DNA of 59,325 bases, filler included. It is 7 parts of 7 records of this genome, joined end to end, with 100 filler letters (N's around TTAATTAATTAA, not from the genome) between each part and the next. Parts side by side here need not be neighbours in the genome. Positions count along the whole stretch, not along the records: positions 14,843 to 22,485 come from SRR31156797_50179; positions 22,586 to 29,289 come from SRR31156797_50187; positions 29,390 to 37,696 come from SRR31156797_50300; 4 more parts are not named here. One strand, given 5' to 3'. The notes under the pieces were generated by a model. That model did not search any database, was not told the DNA's origin, and was given only the letters and a program-made list of their open reading frames with translations. Positions 19,569-30,129 of this stretch are shown here, piece by piece (the first letter of the stretch is position 1; each line of letters starts with the position of its first letter). The translations under genes and the position numbers were made by a program.

Positions 19569-21596
19569 ATGAAGAAAAGAGATGTCACAATACTCATTGT
19601 CGTGTCGGCATTCGCTCTCCCGACTGTTTTGGCGTACGGTGAGGAGGCTACGCGTTTGTTTGCCGGGGAGTCTCTCCCTGGCGGATGGACCTGGAAGCGG
19701 GAGAACCCGGATGCCTGGCGGCTGCGGGACAATGGGTTGGAGATTAGGATCGAGCCAGGAAATATGTGGGGTGGAAAGAACGACGCCAGGAACGTGCTGC
19801 TGATCCCCATAGCCGAAGATCGACAAGAGTTTGGGACGAATGTTCAGGTGACGTTGGCAAATTCTCCAACCCGGCGCTGGGAGCAGGTTGATCTGGTGTG
19901 GTATTTTCGGGACAGCCACATGGTGAAGATCGGCCTGGAACTGGAGCATGGGAAGAATTCGGTGGTCATGGGACGTGAAGAGAATGATCGCACGCGCACG
20001 ATCAAGATTGTTCCCATAGAGAAAGATCAGGTCACAGTCCGACTTGAGGTCGCGGAAGGACAAGTGCAAGGATATTACCGCCTTGCCGCTGAGGATGAGT
20101 GGACAGACGTTGGGACCTGCACGGAACCAAGGCCGACTAAAGGTCATGATGAACCTCAGGTGAGTATCCAGTGCTATCAGGGAGATCCGAAGAATCCGCA
20201 CTGGGCACGCATCACGGATCTTAGGATTGGTGCGCTCGAAGAGACCGACGCCGAGCGTGACGCACGCATGCAATGGTGGCGTGATGCCAAGTTTGGCATG
20301 TTCCTTCACTGGGGTATCTATGCCGTCCCGGCCGGAATCTGGAACGGTGAAATTGTAGATGCCAAGCATGGTTCGGAGTGGATTCAGTGCGACGCACTTC
20401 TGACGCGGGCCCAATACGAGCCTTGTGCCAGGCAGTTCAATCCCGTTCAGTTTGATGCGATCGAATGGGTGAACATCGCCAAGAAGGCAGGAATGAAGTA
20501 TCTGGTGATCACTGCGAAGCACCACGATGGTTTTAGTCTCTATGACACGAAGGCAAGCAACTACGATATCATCGATGCGACGCCCTTCACCCGTGATCCA
20601 CTCAAAGAGCTGTCTGTGGCCTGCAGGAAAGCAGGGGTGCGCTTCGGAGTGTATTACTCCCAACTCGATTGGCATCATCCGGCCCAGGAGAACAATCCCG
20701 AGCGCGACGGACGCCACGCCTATCGTTTCAATCGGATTCGCCCCGGCATGAAGGAGCGGTATGTTGCTGACATGAAGATTCAGTTGCGGGAACTCATTGT
20801 GGACTATGGTGTGGAGGTCCTGTTTTTCGATGGGGAATGGGTGCCCTGGTGGACCCAGGAAGACGGCCGAGAGTTGCTGCGCTATGTACGGTCCTTGAAT
20901 CCGAACATCATCGTGAACAATCGCATTGGCAAACGCAAAAGGGAAGACGGCGACTACGGTACACCCGAGCAGCGGATTCCCCAGGCCGGCCTGGACTATG
21001 ATTGGGAAACCTGCATGACCATGAACGGTACGTGGGGATACAAGAACTACGACCACAATTGGAAGACAACCACGGATCTCGTGCAGAAGCTGGTGGACAT
21101 CGCCAGTAAGGGAGGCAACTTCCTGTTGAACGTCGGGCCCACGGCCGAGGGCATCATCCCTGAACCCAGTGTAGAACGACTGCGCGAGATGGGCCAGTGG
21201 ATGCAGACCAATGGCGAGGCGATCTACGGCACGCGACTCTGGAATCCCAATGCCAAATACGATCCCGCCGCAGAGGCGGTCGCTTTTGGACCGGGGCCGG
21301 AAGAGAGACCCGTTGAAGAAGTTGATTCGCAGATTACCACCAAGAAGGACGGCCTTCGCTACACTCTGAAGGATAACACACTCTACGCAATCTTCTTCAC
21401 CTGGCCAGGCAATGGCCTTGTCACGCTCAAAGAGTTGGCCGCCGGAAGAATTGCGGATGAGATTGGGGAAATTGAAATGCTGGGTTCCAAGAACGAAATC
21501 AAGTGGTCACAGAACAGCACCGGTTTGACGGTTCGTCTTCCTGCGACTCAGCCATGCCGGCATGCATTCGTCCTGAAAATTTCTGTGGCAAAGTGA
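19569..21596 (+). CDS. GH29 alpha-L-fucosidase with N-terminal ConA-like beta-sandwich domain
   Basis: WWRDAKFGMFLHWG, AKHHDGF, FFDGEW, WETCMT, GGNFLLNVGP, NGEAIYGT; signal peptide from MKKRD. Confidence 0.92.
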   Translation: MKKRDVTILIVVSAFALPTVLAYGEEATRLFAGESLPGGWTWKRENPDAWRLRDNGLEIRIEPGNMWGGKNDARNVLLIPIAEDRQEFGTNVQVTLANSPTRRWEQVDLVWYFRDSHMVKIGLELEHGKNSVVMGREENDRTRTIKIVPIEKDQVTVRLEVAEGQVQGYYRLAAEDEWTDVGTCTEPRPTKGHDEPQVSIQCYQGDPKNPHWARITDLRIGALEETDAERDARMQWWRDAKFGMFLHWGIYAVPAGIWNGEIVDAKHGSEWIQCDALLTRAQYEPCARQFNPVQFDAIEWVNIAKKAGMKYLVITAKHHDGFSLYDTKASNYDIIDATPFTRDPLKELSVACRKAGVRFGVYYSQLDWHHPAQENNPERDGRHAYRFNRIRPGMKERYVADMKIQLRELIVDYGVEVLFFDGEWVPWWTQEDGRELLRYVRSLNPNIIVNNRIGKRKREDGDYGTPEQRIPQAGLDYDWETCMTMNGTWGYKNYDHNWKTTTDLVQKLVDIASKGGNFLLNVGPTAEGIIPEPSVERLREMGQWMQTNGEAIYGTRLWNPNAKYDPAAEAVAFGPGPEERPVEEVDSQITTKKDGLRYTLKDNTLYAIFFTWPGNGLVTLKELAAGRIADEIGEIEMLGSKNEIKWSQNSTGLTVRLPATQPCRHAFVLKISVAK

Positions 21597-21628
21597 CGAC
21601 TTTCGGTGAACCTTCTCGCCACAATGCA

Positions 21629-22483
21629 TCACGGCACTTCCACGTCCGCCTGAGGCGTCGTGAAAACCAAACGGTCGCCCGGATGCGTGGATACTTGGAC
21701 GATTCTCTGGGCGTTCGGTGTGAGGGATCGAGGCGGTGTTTCTGCAGAGGGACGAATGGCGATCTCCATCCACGGACTGACCAGTCGCAGCGGTCCTCCC
21801 ACAGTAGACTCCACCTCAACCGAATCGATCTTGCCGGCTGCGAGGCTTGACGACACCAGGAATCCACCCTGGGTACGAAGGTGCCGAAAGCGGGCATCTT
21901 TCTGCCTGGGCCACGCCGGAAACACGCGGATCACGTCATCGACGCTCTGGAGCAGCAGTTCGGACAAAACCATTGTGGCTCCGAACTGCTCGGTGTAGTG
22001 GCCAAAGCTATTGAAGCGGGCACCGAGGCGGTTCAGTGTCAGGGTGCCATTGGGTCGCAGCCGGGCCTTGACTTCCTCCCGCATCCAGTCGAGCGTTCCC
22101 GGCATATCCAGTCGGGCCCGCGCGACACCGAGCATCACCATCGAGTTGTTGCCATTCCATTGGATGGACTCGATGGTGCGCGTGAACAGTTCGCGCTGCC
22201 CGGCCGAGGACTGCCAGGTAACGACATCGCACGGAAAAACCGGCGTCGTGGGCACGACGATGTTGTAATTGATCGGGGGTGCACCCTCTACATCGACAAC
22301 GACGGGCGCCTCGGCCTGCGTACAGGGATAATCGGGCAGCAGAGCCAGCGCCCGCCGGAAACGCGTCACGAGTTCCGGGTCACGTCGCAACGTCGTTGCC
22401 CCCTCAATGGCAGCCTGGAGGGTATAGCGTGCCATGGCGATGTCGAACGTACAATTGCGGTTGCGCTCGAAGTTCTCGGTCCA
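21629..22483 (-). CDS. GH95-like glycoside hydrolase, C-terminal part (5'-truncated)
   Basis: ELLLQS...IRVFPAWP...FRHLRTQGGFLVS C-terminal signature; frame open to the contig edge. Confidence 0.75.
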   Translation of the reverse strand, partial: WTENFERNRNCTFDIAMARYTLQAAIEGATTLRRDPELVTRFRRALALLPDYPCTQAEAPVVVDVEGAPPINYNIVVPTTPVFPCDVVTWQSSAGQRELFTRTIESIQWNGNNSMVMLGVARARLDMPGTLDWMREEVKARLRPNGTLTLNRLGARFNSFGHYTEQFGATMVLSELLLQSVDDVIRVFPAWPRQKDARFRHLRTQGGFLVSSSLAAGKIDSVEVESTVGGPLRLVSPWMEIAIRPSAETPPRSLTPNAQRIVQVSTHPGDRLVFTTPQADVEVP

Positions 22484-22485
22484 GC

Positions 22486-22585
22486 NNNNNNNNNNNNNNN
22501 NNNNNNNNNNNNNNNNNNNNNNNNNNNNNTTAATTAATTAANNNNNNNNNNNNNNNNNNNNNNNNNNNNNNNNNNNNNNNNNNNN
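22486..22585. other. Artificial contig spacer
   Basis: Same 100-nt N/TTAATTAATTAA linker. Confidence 0.99.
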
Positions 22586-22586
22586 C

Positions 22587-23525
22587 AACTTCCTGGCCGC
22601 CCGCGCTCTCACGGGGGACACTGACTGCTGCCATAAGAACTACTACTTCTATCGCGACACCGGCCGCAGCAACGAGTGGCAGATGTGGCCCTGGGACGTC
22701 GACCTGAGTTTTGGGCGGCGCTGGATCAGTTCGCTAACGTACTGGGATCAGAACCTGATTCCGGACACACCGCTGTTCATCGGTGGCAACAACAGCGTGC
22801 CCGACGCAATCTTTGACACGCCCGAGACGAGACAGATGTACCTGCGGCGTATCCGCACGCTGATGGACGAACTGCTCAAGCCGCCAGGGACAGCCGAGGA
22901 GGATCTGCACTACGAACCCCGCATGGACGAGTTGGCGGCCCTGATCGCCCCGGACGCGGCCCTGGACGCCGCCAAGTGGAACTCGCATGCTTGGGGCAAC
23001 GGCTCGACGGGATTCTGCTGCCCGCAGACACTGCTTGAGGCCGTCGACGAGATGCAGGAATTCTATCTGCCCGAACGGCGGGAACAATTGTACTACGGCC
23101 TGACCTCCGGTGCCCGCGAAATCCCTGATGCCCAGCCGGAACGCACGGCCCTTGTTTTTGGCGGTGTCGAAGTCAATCCCGCCAGTGGTAATCAGGACCA
23201 CGAGTACATCGAACTCCTCAACGAAAGCAGCATCGCCGTTGATATCTCGGGCTGGACCCTGAATACGGGCCTCGATTCGCAGACGGTGATCTTCACCTTC
23301 CGCGGCGGCACCGTCATCCCCGCCCACGGCACGCTCTACGTCGCCGCCAACCGAACGGCCTTCCGCACACGCGAGACGTTCCCCACCGGTGGCCAGGCCC
23401 TGTTCGTCGTGGGCGACTACACCGGACGGCTCTCGGTGCGAGGCGAAACGATCCGACTGATCAATCGACAGGGAGCGCGCGTCGATGGGATCACTACACC
23501 GCCGCTGCCCGGCGAGCATGACTGA
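22587..23525 (+). CDS. CotH kinase family protein with lamin-tail domain, 5'-truncated
   Basis: D..HKNYYFY...W...PWDVDLSFG (CotH); EYIELLN...VDISGWTL...F..GTVIPA (LTD). Confidence 0.85.
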   Translation, partial: NFLAARALTGDTDCCHKNYYFYRDTGRSNEWQMWPWDVDLSFGRRWISSLTYWDQNLIPDTPLFIGGNNSVPDAIFDTPETRQMYLRRIRTLMDELLKPPGTAEEDLHYEPRMDELAALIAPDAALDAAKWNSHAWGNGSTGFCCPQTLLEAVDEMQEFYLPERREQLYYGLTSGAREIPDAQPERTALVFGGVEVNPASGNQDHEYIELLNESSIAVDISGWTLNTGLDSQTVIFTFRGGTVIPAHGTLYVAANRTAFRTRETFPTGGQALFVVGDYTGRLSVRGETIRLINRQGARVDGITTPPLPGEHD

Positions 23526-23555
23526 GGGTGGCTACCTGAGCCGCCTGCTGCCACG

Positions 23556-23933
23556 CTACTCCTTCCAGAAGTTGGTGACGACCCCGTCGGCAATCTCGAA
23601 GTAGTACACGGTGCGCTCTTCCCGTTTCTCGTCGAAATCGAGGAACAAAAAGACATCGAGGTCGCTGTCGATCTTCTTCGTGTAGACATACTTGAGAATT
23701 TCCGTCCCTTCGGGCGTCGCCGTCGCACTACTCGGCGTGCCCAGCGTCCCCAGGACCCATTCCTTGCTGGTCTGCCCGATCTCGATTTGCCGGATGGTCT
23801 CATGCCCGACCGCCGGCCCCTCCGGGCCATACCGCACATCCGAGCGCCCCGAGATGCACCCACTCAAGACCAGCCCCAGCACCCCACACAGAACAACCGT
23901 GCTCACTGATGCGCCAATTCTCCGTCCGCTCAT
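23556..23933 (-). CDS. BamE/SmpA-like outer-membrane lipoprotein
   Basis: SD AAGGAG, lipobox LSGC, IEIGQTSKEWVLGTLGTP. Confidence 0.75.
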   Translation of the reverse strand: MSGRRIGASVSTVVLCGVLGLVLSGCISGRSDVRYGPEGPAVGHETIRQIEIGQTSKEWVLGTLGTPSSATATPEGTEILKYVYTKKIDSDLDVFLFLDFDEKREERTVYYFEIADGVVTNFWKE

Positions 23934-24197
23934 AGCTCTCGTCTCCTTAGTTCGATTCGCCATTTTAGATGTCAACACGTTCCGCACCGCAGATCGTAAC
24001 ACGGTCTGCGGTCCTGAACAAGGTTACCTACACACCTAATAGGCACAACGCGGGCCGGGCGGTCACGCAGAATCTGCACGCGTTGGTCACGATCTGTCCA
24101 TGGAGACCGAAGGCCCGAACCAATAAGGCTGCTGTTTTTGTTGCGGGTTCTCCCCCGGAAGAGCGTTATAATGGAAACAGTCATGAGGAGCCGAACT

Positions 24198-25733
24198 ATG
24201 GGAGAGCCGAAGAAACCTGAGAACGCCGAACAGCCACATCCGGCACAACAATGTCGCAATCGCTCTATCAGGAGGATCACCGTACGAAGCCTCTTGGTCA
24301 TCGTGATTGTCCTTCTGGCGCTGATCCTGTACGTCGTCTGGTTCACCATAGGCACGCCGGAACCGACCACCGACTATGTCGCCATGTTGAACGAGATAAC
24401 CCGACCGGACGACCTGACCGCAGAGACCAACGCCTGGCCCTACTATGAGAGGGCGTTTCAATTGTACTGCCCGTATCGGTCCACCTTATTGACGGATCAT
24501 ATCACAGGCGGCAGGACCCGCTGGTTCGACGATCTCAACGAGCCCGCCCAGATAGCAGCCGAAGAGTGGATTGAGGAGAATGAAACGGCCTGGCAAGAGT
24601 TCGTCCGAGCAGCGGATAAGCCCTACCTCTGGAGACAGTACCGCGTACTCCCGGCGTCAGATTCTGCCATCGGCCCGGGCACACCCATGCTCAACCTCGA
24701 TATGCGGCATTTGAAGCCGCTTCGCATGCAAGGGTCTCAGGCGATCTGGCGCATTCGCTGCGAGGCGCACGCTGGCCAGACGGCGGCGGCGCTGCACGAT
24801 TGTCTTGTCCTGATGCGCGCCGGGGCCCAATGGAGCAATACAGGCTCTTTACTCGATTCGATAGTCGGCGTCGGTATGGCTGTGACGGGTCACCGGGAAT
24901 TCCTGAAGGTCCTTGCCCGGGCGCCCGCCGACGAAATCGATTGGCCAGCACTCCAAGCGGGCCTCGCCGAAGCATACAGCGCCGGAACTCCTGCAATGCG
25001 AATGGAACAGGAGAAGCTGATGTCCCTGGATCTCGTGCAGCACACCTTCACGCGCGGCGGCATTGGCGGTGGCCACCTGACCCCGCGCTATGTTTGGCCT
25101 TTCATCCAAATGCACAGCACCGTGATCACGCTGAGTCCCCTTCCGAAAAAAACCAGTTGGCGACAGCGCGGGCTCTACCTGGCCATGAGCCTGGCCCACG
25201 CCCGGCGCAATGCCACCGTCGCGGAGTGTCATTCCCGATACGATCGGATAACACAGATCCTGGCGCTGAATCCCTATGAACTCTCGCGAAGCGAGATCCC
25301 CATAACTGATGACCAGCTCAACATCTTCAACAACAGAATCCGTTTCAAATCCTTCTTCCGAGACACGCGCTACTTCACAATCGAACTGTCCACCGAGGCA
25401 GCCCAAAGGATATCCGAGAAACAATGGCAGTGGCGTACCTGGCACAACGCGACGAGCGCTGTCCTCGCCATCAAGCGTTGGCAGAGCGAGCATGGTCAGT
25501 ACCCTGAGAATCTGGAACAACTCGTTCGGGCTGGTTTCCTGGAGTCACCACCCCTGGATCCCTACAGTGACACAGCATTGGTCTATCGCCGGACCGACGA
25601 CGGATTCACACTCTACAGCCGGGGCCGAAATATGAAAGACCACGGCGGCGTGTCCCTCATCGATCCGAACGACCCCTGGAAGACTTGGGGAACGGACGAG
25701 GGCGGCGACGCCATCTTCTGGCCTGTGCGGTAG
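24198..25733 (+). CDS. Hypothetical membrane-anchored protein with GspG-like C-terminus
   Basis: SD GAGGAG; N-terminal TM; YPENLEQLV...PLDPY...FTLYSRG.N..D.GG tail. Confidence 0.7.
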   Translation: MGEPKKPENAEQPHPAQQCRNRSIRRITVRSLLVIVIVLLALILYVVWFTIGTPEPTTDYVAMLNEITRPDDLTAETNAWPYYERAFQLYCPYRSTLLTDHITGGRTRWFDDLNEPAQIAAEEWIEENETAWQEFVRAADKPYLWRQYRVLPASDSAIGPGTPMLNLDMRHLKPLRMQGSQAIWRIRCEAHAGQTAAALHDCLVLMRAGAQWSNTGSLLDSIVGVGMAVTGHREFLKVLARAPADEIDWPALQAGLAEAYSAGTPAMRMEQEKLMSLDLVQHTFTRGGIGGGHLTPRYVWPFIQMHSTVITLSPLPKKTSWRQRGLYLAMSLAHARRNATVAECHSRYDRITQILALNPYELSRSEIPITDDQLNIFNNRIRFKSFFRDTRYFTIELSTEAAQRISEKQWQWRTWHNATSAVLAIKRWQSEHGQYPENLEQLVRAGFLESPPLDPYSDTALVYRRTDDGFTLYSRGRNMKDHGGVSLIDPNDPWKTWGTDEGGDAIFWPVR

Positions 25734-25774
25734 TACGGTGAACTCATCATAGCTTCCGGTCGCATAACTTTGGC

Positions 25775-26458
25775 CTACGCTTTCTGGGCGACGAGGAGGA
25801 AGACGGGGTAGGCTTGGGGGTCGGCGCCTTCAGTTGGTGGACGTCGGATCGTGTGGACGGTCTGGATGGTCTTGGTGGTGAAGCCGACGGCCTTCAACTG
25901 AGATGCCAGCGCAGCGGGATCGATCCCGTGGTGAACAACACCGCGCGTGTCATGATGAAACGTGCCATCTTCCGGTTCGAGGTCCGCCAGGGCCACCCAG
26001 CCGCCCGGCCGGCACCACTGAGCGAGATGCTGCGCCAGCTTCGGGATATCGTCGATGTGGTGCAGGACCATACTGCTGACGATGGCATCGTACATCTCGC
26101 CGGCATGAGATTCATAACCGGCATCCAACGGCAGCGGTCGAATGCCGTCCAGACCCGCTGCTTTGGCCTTGGTCTCAAGTACAGAGAGCATCTCGGTCGA
26201 GGTGTCGGCCGCAGCCACGGAAGCCACCTTCGGCGCCAGCGCGCGGGCGATCAATCCCGTCCCGCTCCCGAAATCCATGATCTGCATCTCCGGCCCGAAC
26301 GGGACCTCGCGCAATATTCCCTCCGCGACGGCGGCCGCCAACTCCACGCGAACCGGATTATCGTCCCAACTCTGCGCCGCCTCGTCGAAGCGAGAAATCG
26401 AATCGCTCGTCGCGGGTGAATTCTTTTCGCGTTTCGGATCTTTCACACTGTCGCTCAT
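25775..26458 (-). CDS. Class I SAM-dependent methyltransferase
   Basis: MDFGSGTG motif I; SSMVLHH; PGGWVALAD. Confidence 0.9.
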   Translation of the reverse strand: MSDSVKDPKREKNSPATSDSISRFDEAAQSWDDNPVRVELAAAVAEGILREVPFGPEMQIMDFGSGTGLIARALAPKVASVAAADTSTEMLSVLETKAKAAGLDGIRPLPLDAGYESHAGEMYDAIVSSMVLHHIDDIPKLAQHLAQWCRPGGWVALADLEPEDGTFHHDTRGVVHHGIDPAALASQLKAVGFTTKTIQTVHTIRRPPTEGADPQAYPVFLLVAQKA

Positions 26459-27396
26459 CGCTGTCCATTCCCCAAATAGCTTCCGGCAGTGGCATCAACT
26501 GCCCTTTCGAATTCCCATTTCACCGAAGGCGTCACGCGCCCCGCCAGGTCTCGTTTCAAATCGAGAACGTAGCGGTACCATTGTCCCTCGATCGCCTCGA
26601 TCTGTCCAATATGCTTCTCGAAAGTCGCCAGATCAGCACCCTCGGCGAGCAGGTGACGCAATCCCGTCCGGTAGACTCCGTCCTGGTATTCCATCAGGAA
26701 ATGGGCCAGGCTCCACCAATGCAAATAGTAGAGGTTGACATGGTCGTCGAGGTCCGGACCGCCCCGCCCCGAGATGATCCGCCGCAACGGGATCACTGCC
26801 ACGCTGCCTTTGTCGGACTTCAGGTTTCCCGAAGTCGCCATCGTATCGAACCACCAGACCGGATACGTGTTGGTGTCAATCTGGCCGAGGGCCAGCGAAC
26901 GATCGACAATGCGACTGGTGGAGACATAACAGGCAAGGCCTTCATCGAGCCATTGCGGCAACTTCAGATACGCCGCTTCGGCGTTGAGTTGGTGCGTCGC
27001 CTCGTGCATCATCCAGTGGTAGGGATGGATCTCGTCGGCGGAGTAATACTGATAGCAGTATGGCTTGCGGTAGAACGCTTCGGCCCAGCCTGCCATGCGA
27101 TTGCAGTGGCGAAACTCTTCGCGATCCTTAAACAGCTTGATCTTCAGTTTCGGATGCGGCTGGATTTCGCACTCCAACTGGTCCGCCAACTGCCGATAGC
27201 CGGCGTAGACAACCTCTGCAACCTGGCCAATCTCGGTCGTCTGCTCCGGCGTAGCCGTGGAGTGAATCATGTAGTGCTCCGTCTCCTCGACCAGATCGGC
27301 AGACCAGTGGCGACGAGCCGTATCCCAACCCAGGACGGCCAGAAAAACCGCCAGGTAGGCGAGCATGCGCTTTTCTCGAGCTATCAGCATTCTCAT
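26455..27396 (-). CDS. DUF1570/peptidase MA-like zinc metallopeptidase
   Basis: HEATHQ...PQWLDEGLACY gluzincin pattern. Confidence 0.75.
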   Translation of the reverse strand: MRMLIAREKRMLAYLAVFLAVLGWDTARRHWSADLVEETEHYMIHSTATPEQTTEIGQVAEVVYAGYRQLADQLECEIQPHPKLKIKLFKDREEFRHCNRMAGWAEAFYRKPYCYQYYSADEIHPYHWMMHEATHQLNAEAAYLKLPQWLDEGLACYVSTSRIVDRSLALGQIDTNTYPVWWFDTMATSGNLKSDKGSVAVIPLRRIISGRGGPDLDDHVNLYYLHWWSLAHFLMEYQDGVYRTGLRHLLAEGADLATFEKHIGQIEAIEGQWYRYVLDLKRDLAGRVTPSVKWEFERAVDATAGSYLGNGQR

Positions 27397-27419
27397 TCGC
27401 TTGTCCTAAGATGACTCGT

Positions 27420-28226
27420 TTACTGGTCTCGGCGGGCGGCGAGAAAATCCAGGACCGCCGCGTTGAAACGATCCGGATCTTCCATGTTGGCCATGTGCCC
27501 CACGCCGGGCAGGACAATCAGATGGGCCTCGGGGATGCCCTCCGCCAGAATCCGCGCGATGGCGTGGAAATCGGGCACATCGAGCTCGCCCACCATCACC
27601 AGCGTCGGCGCCTTGATCCGGTCCAACCGTTCGATAGCGGGCGGATCGAGGCCGCGAATGCAACCGCCATCGACCCATATCGGCCATCCCGCATAATCGG
27701 TCACCATCTGCGTCAGGCGTGCTGCCACCCCCGGCAGTTTCAACGCGGGAGCAAACACCGCATCGGCCAGCCAGCGTTCTCGCGCCGCCTCGGTGCCACC
27801 GGTGCGCCACGTCGCCTTCACCTCGGCGACCGATTCACCAAAATCGGTCCACGGAAATCCTCCCAGCGCCGCATCGACCAACACCAGAGCATCGACCGCC
27901 TGCGGATAGGTCAGCGCAAAATCGATGGCGACCCGCCCTCCCCGCGACAGCCCCAGAACGTGGGCTTTCGGAATATCGAGGTGACGCATCAGCGCCATCA
28001 AATCGTCGGCCGGGGCATACTCACTCGTAGGCATGGCGGATCGGCCGTAGCCGCGCATGTCGTAGCGGACCACGCGATACTGTTGCGCGAATGTCTCAAA
28101 CTGATCGTCCCACATGCGGGCATCGAGACTCTGGCCATGGATGAGCACCAGCGGCTCCCCGGCCCCGGAGACCTCGTAGTACAGGCGCGTGCCGTTGATC
28201 TCCGCCAGGCCACTGTGTTTTGGCAT
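27420..28226 (-). CDS. Alpha/beta fold hydrolase
   Basis: LIHG, YDMRGYGRS, GLSRGG nucleophile elbow, GELD, GHMANME. Confidence 0.92.
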   Translation of the reverse strand: MPKHSGLAEINGTRLYYEVSGAGEPLVLIHGQSLDARMWDDQFETFAQQYRVVRYDMRGYGRSAMPTSEYAPADDLMALMRHLDIPKAHVLGLSRGGRVAIDFALTYPQAVDALVLVDAALGGFPWTDFGESVAEVKATWRTGGTEAARERWLADAVFAPALKLPGVAARLTQMVTDYAGWPIWVDGGCIRGLDPPAIERLDRIKAPTLVMVGELDVPDFHAIARILAEGIPEAHLIVLPGVGHMANMEDPDRFNAAVLDFLAARRDQ

Positions 28227-28252
28227 AGGCCCTCTCCCTTCCGTCGTGCGAT

Positions 28253-28990
28253 CTAGAGATCCTGCGTCGTGGGCCGGATCAGCATTTCATTGACATCGAC
28301 CTCATCCGGCTGGCCGATAGCATACGCGATCGCATCGGCGATCGCGCGAGGCGAAATCGCGTGTTGCGCGTAGAACGCCTTGACCTGCTCGCGGACTTCC
28401 TCGACGTTCGTCGAATTCTCCAACTCCGTGGCGATCAGTCCGGGCGAAATGATCGTCACGCGGATGTCCGGGTTCTCGGCGCGCAGCCCTTCGGAAATCG
28501 CGCGGACCGCGTGCTTGGTCGCGCAGTACACCGTGAAATTCCCGAGCACCTTGTGGCCGGCCACGGAAGCGACATTGATGATGTGGCCGCACTTGCGCTG
28601 GACCATGTCAGGCAGGACGGCCGCGATGCCATAGAGCAGGCCCTTGATGTTGACGTCGATCATCTGATCCCATTCGTCCACGCGGACCATCGCCATGGGC
28701 GCCACCGGCATGATCCCGGCGTTGTTGATCATGACATCCACCGGCCCGAATTCGTCCGTCGCCCGCTGCACCAGTCGGTCCACGTCGGCGCGCTGCGTCA
28801 CATCCATGGCCTGCGCCAGAGCCGTTCCGCCGCTGGTTCGAATGGCCTGGGCCAGCGCTTCCAGGCGATCCTGGCGTCGGGCGCCCAGCGCAACCTTGGC
28901 CCCCTGCTCGGCCAGCACCCGGGCGGTTTCGGCGCCGATGCCACTGGAGGCGCCCGTAATCACAACTACTTTGCCTGCAATATTATCCAT
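28253..28990 (-). CDS. SDR family oxidoreductase (YdfG-like)
   Basis: TGASSGIG, NNAG, YCATK; SD AAGGAGG before MDNI. Confidence 0.93.
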   Translation of the reverse strand: MDNIAGKVVVITGASSGIGAETARVLAEQGAKVALGARRQDRLEALAQAIRTSGGTALAQAMDVTQRADVDRLVQRATDEFGPVDVMINNAGIMPVAPMAMVRVDEWDQMIDVNIKGLLYGIAAVLPDMVQRKCGHIINVASVAGHKVLGNFTVYCATKHAVRAISEGLRAENPDIRVTIISPGLIATELENSTNVEEVREQVKAFYAQHAISPRAIADAIAYAIGQPDEVDVNEMLIRPTTQDL

Positions 28991-29205
28991 GATCTGAGAC
29001 CTCCTTATCCTGTTGTGAGCATGCCTCACTCTGTCCCATTCTCACCCCGTCGATCGCCGAAGAACGCCCTGCGTCTGCTATCGGGCGATCTGAAGGGCCC
29101 GCTTGATGATAGCGGCGCCGGTACCGAGCCGCAATCGCCACATGCCCCCCCCGGAAACAGTTGGTGCCCTCCGTAAATCCCCTGCCAAGAACTATGTTTT
29201 CATCT

Positions 29206-29273
29206 GGAAATTGGGTTCGTTTGTCGGCGCAACCTCGTTTCTGAGCCAGAAACAAAGGAAATTGGGTTCGTTT
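29206..29273 (+). repeat. 17-bp direct repeat GGAAATTGGGTTCGTTT x2
   Basis: Copies at 29206-29222 and 29257-29273 with a 34-nt spacer, next to the contig end. Confidence 0.8.
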
Positions 29274-29289
29274 TGCATAATTGATTACA

Positions 29290-29389
29290 NNNNNNNNNNN
29301 NNNNNNNNNNNNNNNNNNNNNNNNNNNNNNNNNTTAATTAATTAANNNNNNNNNNNNNNNNNNNNNNNNNNNNNNNNNNNNNNNNNNNN
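29290..29389. other. Artificial contig spacer
   Basis: Same 100-nt linker. Confidence 0.99.
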
Positions 29390-30129
29390 GGTGTGTCTGT
29401 AATTGTAAATGAAAGCTCATTTAGTGTGGCAGAGTATATTTTATTCATGTATTTCTTATAATCTTTAAGCTTATCCTGTTCGCCAAGAAGAACTGTGATC
29501 GATGAGTTCTCGTGCATCAGTGCAAGGTGAACACATTGCTGGCTCATTTCACCATTTGTTCTATCTGCTTCGTTGCAGTAAGAATTCCTTTCAGTTTTAT
29601 CAGCTTCGCTAAGCTCGCAAAAAGTATCAATGTTCTCAATGACCATTTTGGTTCCGCCATCCACAAAAGTGTTGTCATCAACAAAGTCACAGATAGAAAA
29701 AGTAATGCTTTCGCTAAAGGTGTCATTTTGAGGCTGCTGACCGGGAACTGTTATCACTGCATTAAAAACTATGGTCTTTGTTGCAGTTGCTCCAGTAATA
29801 AGACTGAGAAAATCATCAACATCCAAAATAGGATAGTCAACTGTGAAATCTACCTGAGCGTTTGATCCGAACTGGGTGGCAAGGTCCTGTTCGATCGTTG
29901 CCTTTGCAGGTCCGGCAACGGCATCAATAACTCCTTTTGTCTGAGTTTTAAGAACGGTATCTATCATTGTCATTCCGTTCTCTATCTCAAGAGTATATTT
30001 CGATGGACTTGTTGCCTGATCGTCTGAAAAAGGATACTCAACAGTTATCGGTATAAGCAGAAATTCTGAGCAGGAGACCATCGACAGTGTAAGCAGTAAG
30101 ATAGCTGTTACTTTTACTTTAATCTTCAT
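29390..30129 (-). CDS. Hypothetical lipoprotein, 3'-truncated
   Basis: Lipobox MVSC; start overlaps the prfB stop. Confidence 0.7.

Noticed and set aside
19512-21056. Long antisense ORFs (514 aa here; also 7354-8460, 12937-13893, 3310-4323, 26416-27414)
   Set aside because: Shadow ORFs opposite well-supported genes in GC-rich DNA, with no motifs.
29206-29273. Possible CRISPR array
   Set aside because: Only two 17-bp units, no palindrome and no cas genes; kept only as a generic repeat.
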